Positions 58,607 through 64,000 of a DNA stretch of 64,000 nt are shown here, in pieces. The position numbers and the translations under genes are program-made. This stretch comes from an uncultured Chloroflexia bacterium (GTDB lineage Bacteria; Chloroflexota; Limnocylindria; Limnocylindrales; CSP1-4). The notes under the pieces are model-generated. The model worked only from the letters and a program-made list of their open reading frames with translations. It had not been told where the DNA came from and searched no databases. Every line of letters starts with the position of its first letter. The stretch's first letter is position 1. The stretch spans positions 1,051,797 through 1,115,796 of the forward strand of contig CAVQRM010000001.1 of the NCBI GenBank assembly GCA_963715245.1, given 5' to 3'.

Positions 58607-60112
58607 GTGTTGAACCTTGCGGCGTCGGAGGTCTGGTTCGTCACCGGCAGCCAGCACCTCTACGGCCCCGAGACCCTCGCCACCGTGGCCGAGCACTCGA
58701 CCGCGATCGCGGCGGCGCTCGACGCCGCGCCGTCGATCCCGGTGCGGGTGGTGCCGAAGCCCGTGCTGACGGGCTCGGCGGAGATCCTCGCCCTCGTCCA
58801 GGCCGCCAACGCGGACCCGGCGTGCGTCGGGCTGGTCACCTGGATGCACACGTTCAGCCCGGCCAAGATGTGGATCGCCGGCCTCGAGGCGCTGCAGAAG
58901 CCGTTCCTCCACCTGCACACGCAGTACAACCGCGAGATCCCCTGGGCCGACATCGACATGGACTTCATGAACCTGAACCAGGCCGCCCACGGCGACCGGG
59001 AGTTCGGGTTCATCGCCGCCCGCCTCCGCCTCGAGCGCAAGGTGGTCACGGGGCACTGGGGCGATGCGACGGTCCAGGAGCAGGTCGGGACCTGGTCGCG
59101 GGCCGCGTGCGCCAAGGCCGACTGGACCCACGGCAGGATCGCCCGCTTCGGCGACAACATGCGCGAGGTCGCGGTCACCGAGGGCGACAAGGTCGAGGCG
59201 CAGCGCCGGCTCGGGTTCAGCGTCAACACGTGGGGGGTCGGCGACCTCGTCAAGGTCGTTGACGAGGCGACGGACGAGGAGGTCGACCTGCTCGTCGCCC
59301 AGTACCTCGACGAGTACGACGTCGCGGCCGAGCTCCGGCCGGGCGGCGACCGCGCGACGAGCCTCCGCGACGGCGCCCGGATCGAGCTGGGCCTGCGCCG
59401 CTTCCTCGAGGACGGCGGGTTCATGGCCTTCACGGACACGTTCGAGGACCTGCACGGCCTCCGGCAGCTCCCGGGCCTCGCGGTCCAGCGACTCATGGCC
59501 GACGGCTACGGCTTCGGCGGAGAAGGGGACTGGAAGACCGCGGCGATGGTTCGCGCGATGAAGGTCATGTCCGCGGGACTGCCTGGCGGGACGTCCTTCA
59601 TGGAGGACTACACGTACCACCTCACGGGCTCCGACGACCTGATCCTCGGCGCCCACATGCTCGAGGTCTGCCCGTCCATCTCCGGCGAGCGCCCCCGCCT
59701 GGAGGTCCATCCCCTGTCCATCGGCGGCAAGGAGGACCCGGTCCGGCTCGTGTTCGACGCCCACCCCGGTCCGGCAATCGCCGCCTGCATCACCGACATG
59801 GGGCAGCGCTTCCGCATGGTCGCGACCGTCGTCGACGTCGTGCCTGCGAAGCAGCCCCTCCCGAAGCTCCCGGTCGCCCGCGCCGTCTGGCGCCCACGAC
59901 CCGACCTTCGGACGAGCGCCGCGGCGTGGATCTACGCGGGCGGCTCGCACCACACGAGCCTCGGTTTCAGCGTGAACAGCGAACACCTGCGAGACTTCGC
60001 GGCGATGTCCGGGATCGAGATCCTGGTCATCGACGAGCGCACGACGCTCGACGCGTTTCGTGACCAGCTCCGGTGGAACGATCTCTACTGGCTGTTGGCA
60101 AAGGGACTCTGA
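58607..60112 (+). CDS. araA: L-arabinose isomerase
   Basis: [75 protein letters not shown]. Confidence 0.97.
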   Translation: MLNLAASEVWFVTGSQHLYGPETLATVAEHSTAIAAALDAAPSIPVRVVPKPVLTGSAEILALVQAANADPACVGLVTWMHTFSPAKMWIAGLEALQKPFLHLHTQYNREIPWADIDMDFMNLNQAAHGDREFGFIAARLRLERKVVTGHWGDATVQEQVGTWSRAACAKADWTHGRIARFGDNMREVAVTEGDKVEAQRRLGFSVNTWGVGDLVKVVDEATDEEVDLLVAQYLDEYDVAAELRPGGDRATSLRDGARIELGLRRFLEDGGFMAFTDTFEDLHGLRQLPGLAVQRLMADGYGFGGEGDWKTAAMVRAMKVMSAGLPGGTSFMEDYTYHLTGSDDLILGAHMLEVCPSISGERPRLEVHPLSIGGKEDPVRLVFDAHPGPAIAACITDMGQRFRMVATVVDVVPAKQPLPKLPVARAVWRPRPDLRTSAAAWIYAGGSHHTSLGFSVNSEHLRDFAAMSGIEILVIDERTTLDAFRDQLRWNDLYWLLAKGL

Positions 60113-60175
60113 GGAGTGCCGTTCGTCACCCGTGCGGCCTCAAATTGGCACCAGTTCGAGGCTTGTCGGATCGGC

Positions 60176-60239
60176 TTGACGCGAGCCGCGTCAGGCGCTT
60201 AGGATGCGGAGCGTTATCGTTCACGGGAACGATAACGGC
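60176..60239 (+). promoter_or_regulatory. Promoter and operator (site 2) of the chvE-mmsAB operon
   Basis: TTGACG-N18-TAGGAT followed by the perfect inverted repeat CGTTATCGTTC-ACGG-GAACGATAACG (60212-60237). Confidence 0.75.
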
Positions 60240-60376
60240 ATGCGTCTACCCGCGATCGACCTTGGGATCACGATGGTCCCGCAGCGGACCCGGCGCGCGG
60301 CGCCGTGGCCACTGAGGCGATCCAGGACGCTATCAGGTGGGGCACCTGCCCCACACAGGAGGAGCGCAGCGCACCG

Positions 60377-61519
60377 ATGAAGAAGTTCCTGACAGTGGCC
60401 CTCGCGGCCGGCGCCCTTGTCGTCGCTGCGTGCGGCGGCGGCGGTGCCACCACGGCCCCGGCGACCGCGGCTCCGGCCGAGTCGACGCCCGCCGAGTCCA
60501 TGCCCGCGGAGTCGTCCGAGGCCGGCAGCGGCCTCGTCGGCATCGCGATGCCGACCAAGTCGTCCGCCCGCTGGATCGCCGACGGCGACAACCTCGTCAA
60601 GGCGCTGTCGGCCCTCGGCTACGAGACCGACCTCCAGTACGCCGAGGACGACATCCCGACCCAGGTCTCCCAGGTCGAGAACATGATCACCAAGGGCGCC
60701 AAGGTCCTCGTGATCGCCGCCATCGACGGCACCACCCTTGCCGACACCCTCCAGAAGGCCGCCGACGCGGGCATCAAGGTGTTTGCGTACGATCGCCTGA
60801 TCCGCGAGTCGCCGAACGTCGACTACTACGCCGCGTTCGACAACTTCGACGTGGGCGTGGCCCAGGCCGGCTCGATCGTCGACAGCCTCGACCTCAACAA
60901 CGCCGCAGGCCCGTTCAACATCGAGCTCTTCGCCGGTTCGCCGGACGACAACAACGCCGGGTTCTTCTTCAACGGTGCCATGTCGATCCTGCAGCCCTTC
61001 ATCGACAGCGGCAAGCTCGTCGTGAAGTCGGGCGAGACCGAGTTCCCGGCCCAGGTCGGGACGCTCCGCTGGGACGGCGCGACCGCCCAGGCCCGCATGG
61101 ACAACATCCTCTCGACGCACTACGCCGACACGAAGGTCGACGCGGTCCTCTCGCCGTACGACGGCATCAGCCGCGGCATCATCGCGTCGCTCAAGCAGGT
61201 TGGCTACTACACCCCCGAGCAGCCCGGTCCGGTCGTCACCGGCCAGGACGCGGAGCTCCCGTCCGTCAAGTCGATCCTCGCCGGCGAGCAGACGAGCACG
61301 GTGTTCAAGGACACCCGGCTGCTGGCCGCCAAGGTCGCGGAGATGGTCAACCAGTTCCTCGCCGGCCAGACGGTCGACGTCAACAACACCGATACCTATG
61401 ACAACGGCGTCAAGGTCGTCCCGTCCTACCTCCTCCCCGTCACCTCGGTGACGAAGGACAACGTGACGCAGGAGCTCGTTGACACCGGCTACTACACGGC
61501 CGAGGAAGTCGCGAACTAG
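60377..61519 (+). CDS. chvE: Multiple-monosaccharide ABC substrate-binding lipoprotein (ChvE/SbpA)
   Basis: Lipobox VAACGG; [67 protein letters not shown]. Confidence 0.93.
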   Translation: MKKFLTVALAAGALVVAACGGGGATTAPATAAPAESTPAESMPAESSEAGSGLVGIAMPTKSSARWIADGDNLVKALSALGYETDLQYAEDDIPTQVSQVENMITKGAKVLVIAAIDGTTLADTLQKAADAGIKVFAYDRLIRESPNVDYYAAFDNFDVGVAQAGSIVDSLDLNNAAGPFNIELFAGSPDDNNAGFFFNGAMSILQPFIDSGKLVVKSGETEFPAQVGTLRWDGATAQARMDNILSTHYADTKVDAVLSPYDGISRGIIASLKQVGYYTPEQPGPVVTGQDAELPSVKSILAGEQTSTVFKDTRLLAAKVAEMVNQFLAGQTVDVNNTDTYDNGVKVVPSYLLPVTSVTKDNVTQELVDTGYYTAEEVAN

Positions 61520-61534
61520 ACTTCGGTCACAATG

Positions 61535-61570
61535 GCGGGTGTGCGACGGCCTTGCGCCTCGCACACCCGC
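61535..61570 (+). terminator. Stem-loop after chvE (partial terminator or stabiliser)
   Basis: GCGGGTGTGCGA...TCGCACACCCGC followed by ATTTCATT. Confidence 0.6.
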
Positions 61571-61611
61571 ATTTCATTCCAGGCAGCAGAGGGCGAGAGG
61601 GCGGCGGTGCG

Positions 61612-63165
61612 GTGAGCGACGTTCTGCTCGAGATGCGCGGCATCACGAAGGAGTTCCCGGGCGTCAAGGCGCTGAAGGACGTCACCTTCTCCGTCAAACC
61701 GGGCGAGATCCACGCCCTGGTCGGCGAGAACGGGGCCGGCAAATCGACCCTCATGAAGGTCGTCTCGGGCGTGTACCCGCACGGCACCTACACAGGCTCG
61801 TTCTACTTCAAGGGCGAGGAGTGCCGCTTCCGCAACATCCGTGAGAGCGAGCACAAGGGCATCGTCATCATCCACCAGGAGCTGGCGCTCGTCCCCCACC
61901 TGTCCATCACCGAGAACATCTTCCTCGCCAACGAGCAGGCCACCCGTGGCGTCATCAACTGGAGCAAGTCGCACGCCAAGGCGATCGAGCTGCTCAAGAA
62001 GGTCGGCCTCGACGAGACGCCCGACACGAAGATCTCGCACCTCGGCGTGGGCAAGCAGCAGCTGGTCGAGATCGCCAAGGCGCTGTCCAAGGACGTCGAG
62101 CTGCTGATCCTCGACGAGCCCACCTCGTCGCTCAACGAGAACGACTCGCAGGCCCTCCTCCAGCTCCTGCGCGAGTTCCGCGAGCACGGCATCGCGTGCG
62201 TGCTGATCTCCCACAAGCTCAATGAGGTGGAGTCGGTCGCCGACACGATCACCGTCCTTCGCGACGGCGCCGTCATCGAGTCGCTCGACGCCACCGGCGG
62301 CGACGTCACCGAGGACAGGATCATCCGCGGCATGGTCGGCCGCGACATGACCCACCGGTTCCCGCCGCGCGAGGCGCAGATCGGCGAGGTCCTCCTCGAG
62401 GTCAGGAACTGGAAGGTCCGCCACCCGGTCTATGACGACCGCATGGTCATCAACGACGTCAGCATGAACGTCCGCGCCGGTGAGGTCGTCGGGATCGCCG
62501 GCCTCATGGGGGCGGGCCGGACCGAGTTCGCGATGAGCCTGTTCGGCCGGTCATACGGGCACTACCTCAGCGGCAAGGTCCTCAAGCACGGCCAGGAGGT
62601 CGACGTCAGCACCATCCCGAAGGCGGTCGCCAACGGGATCGCCTACGCCACGGAGGACCGGAAGACCTACGGCCTCGTGCTGATGAACGACGTCAAGACG
62701 AACATCACGATGGCCAACCTCGAGGGCGTGTCGAACCGCGGCGTGCTGATCCCGCCCAAGGAGATCACGGTCGCCAACGAGTTCCGCGACGCGCTCAACA
62801 TCAAGACCCCGAGCGTGAAGCAGATCACGGTCAACCTGTCCGGCGGGAACCAGCAGAAGGTCGTCCTGTCCAAGTGGCTGTTCGCCAACCCGGACGTGCT
62901 CATCCTCGACGAGCCCACGCGCGGCATCGACGTCGGTGCCAAGTACGAGATCTACACGATCATCAACCGTCTGGCGGCCGAGGGGAAGGCGATCATCATC
63001 ATCTCGTCCGAGCTCCCGGAGGTCCTGGGCGTGTCGGACCGGATCTACGTGATGGCCGCCGGACAGATCGCCGCCGAGATGCCCGCCGCGGAGGCGACCC
63101 AGGAATCGATCATGAAGGCCATCATGCAGATGGCGCGAGCCGGAGCTGAGGAAGTCCTGCTGTGA
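61612..63165 (+). CDS. mmsA: Monosaccharide ABC ATP-binding protein (MmsA/GguA)
   Basis: [54 protein letters not shown]. Confidence 0.93.
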   Translation: MSDVLLEMRGITKEFPGVKALKDVTFSVKPGEIHALVGENGAGKSTLMKVVSGVYPHGTYTGSFYFKGEECRFRNIRESEHKGIVIIHQELALVPHLSITENIFLANEQATRGVINWSKSHAKAIELLKKVGLDETPDTKISHLGVGKQQLVEIAKALSKDVELLILDEPTSSLNENDSQALLQLLREFREHGIACVLISHKLNEVESVADTITVLRDGAVIESLDATGGDVTEDRIIRGMVGRDMTHRFPPREAQIGEVLLEVRNWKVRHPVYDDRMVINDVSMNVRAGEVVGIAGLMGAGRTEFAMSLFGRSYGHYLSGKVLKHGQEVDVSTIPKAVANGIAYATEDRKTYGLVLMNDVKTNITMANLEGVSNRGVLIPPKEITVANEFRDALNIKTPSVKQITVNLSGGNQQKVVLSKWLFANPDVLILDEPTRGIDVGAKYEIYTIINRLAAEGKAIIIISSELPEVLGVSDRIYVMAAGQIAAEMPAAEATQESIMKAIMQMARAGAEEVLL

Positions 63166-64000
63166 GCACTCCCACCGAACCCACACCGGCGACGACCACG
63201 GTGGACGAGCAGGAGCAGTCCGCGGCGCTGCTCACCCGGATCCGCAAGGCGATGGGCCAGTCGGGGATGCTCGTCGCCCTCCTGCTCGCGGTCCTGTTCT
63301 TCCAGATCACGACCTCTGGCGTCATGCTCAAGTCGCTCAACGTGACCAACATCTTCCTCCAGAACGGCTACATCCTCGTGATGGCCCTGGGGATGCTGCT
63401 GATCATCGTCATCGGCCACATCGACCTGTCGGTCGGCTCGGTGGCCGGCTTCCTGGGTGCCGTCGCCGCGGTGCTCATGGTGACCTACGGCATCGACCCA
63501 CTCCTGGGCGTCGCCCTGACGCTCATCGCCGGCGGGCTGATCGGGATGTGGCAGGGCTTCTGGGTGGCCTACCTCCGGGTCCCCTCGTTCATCGTCACCC
63601 TCGCCGGCATGCTCCTGTTCCGCGGCCTGACGCTGTGGATGCTGGGCGGGCAGCCGGTCGGACCATTCGTGGAGAGCTTCCGCGCGATCTCGTCGGGGTT
63701 CGTCCCCGAGCTCATCGGCACCTTCGGGGATCCGTTCGGCGGCGCTGACATCGCGCTGTTCAGCGTCGGCTCGTGGACGCTCGTGCTGCCGATCGGCGGC
63801 GGCCCGCTCAACCTCACGACGCTCCTCCTGGGGGCGATCGTGAGCGCCGTCCTGGTCTGGTTCGCCTGGCGCGCACGCAAGGAGCAGATCAAGTACGGGT
63901 TCAGCGTCCCGTCGATGGGCAACTTCTGGCTGCGCAACGCCCTGCTGATCATCGGCGTGATGTTCATCGCCTACCGGCTGGCCGGCTACAAGGGCCTGCC
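63162..64000 (+). CDS. mmsB: Monosaccharide ABC permease (MmsB/GguB), truncated by the window end
   Basis: GTGA overlap; [57 protein letters not shown]. Confidence 0.92.
   Translation, partial: MSTPTEPTPATTTVDEQEQSAALLTRIRKAMGQSGMLVALLLAVLFFQITTSGVMLKSLNVTNIFLQNGYILVMALGMLLIIVIGHIDLSVGSVAGFLGAVAAVLMVTYGIDPLLGVALTLIAGGLIGMWQGFWVAYLRVPSFIVTLAGMLLFRGLTLWMLGGQPVGPFVESFRAISSGFVPELIGTFGDPFGGADIALFSVGSWTLVLPIGGGPLNLTTLLLGAIVSAVLVWFAWRARKEQIKYGFSVPSMGNFWLRNALLIIGVMFIAYRLAGYKGL

Noticed and set aside
1-64000. Numerous long antisense or alternate-frame ORFs (e.g. 11932..14115+, 14146..16476+, 23655..26330+, 52559..55813-)
   Set aside because: Arg/Gly/Pro-rich shadows of real genes, expected in high-GC DNA with few stop codons; no recognisable motifs
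1-64000. rRNA, tRNA, integrase, transposase, phage or defence genes
   Set aside because: None recognised by eye; the STAND-LuxR protein has an HTH output typical of transcription regulators, not an Avs-type effector

Overview
Gene-dense, very high-GC bacterial chromosomal segment with no rRNA, tRNA, CRISPR array or mobile element that I can see. Protein style (lipoproteins with AACGG...APAT/ASEAP linkers, GltX/ProS types) suggests a monoderm such as Chloroflexota of the Limnocylindria/Ellin6529 type; this is inference only. About 18 single-base frameshifts between 4.3 and 42 kb look like long-read indel errors. Contents in order: (1) 1-21 kb, accessory metabolism: PLP decarboxylase + APH-fold kinase, class III aminotransferase + NMT1/THI5-type ABC importer, CHRD protein, MFS-cNMP fusion, STAND-LuxR regulator, M13 peptidase, AlkZ-like glycosylase + DUF2161, cupin + LLM oxidoreductase. 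(2) 21-40 kb, the most interesting part: a LacI-controlled beta-1,3-glucan locus (ABC importer, LacI, GH116, GH16 lipoprotein, a large secreted GH16 whose catalytic domain appears inserted inside a CBM11-like module and is followed by three almost identical 525-bp CBM-like repeats, and a GH149-type phosphorylase), divergent from an SDR/lactonase/ManD-like dehydratase triad. (3) 42-56 kb, a housekeeping/phosphate block (upp, class 3 asparaginase variant, two unusual J-domain proteins, DtxR, gltX, PhoB-like regulator with a 4x11-bp Pho-box-like array, DUF47, Pit, proS, PhoR-like kinase, EEP, GDPD), with many apparently leaderless genes. (4) 56-64 kb, an L-arabinose locus (LacI, a 32-codon ORF where araB is expected, araD, araA, chvE-mmsA-mmsB). 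All family calls come from motif recognition by eye; no database searches were run.
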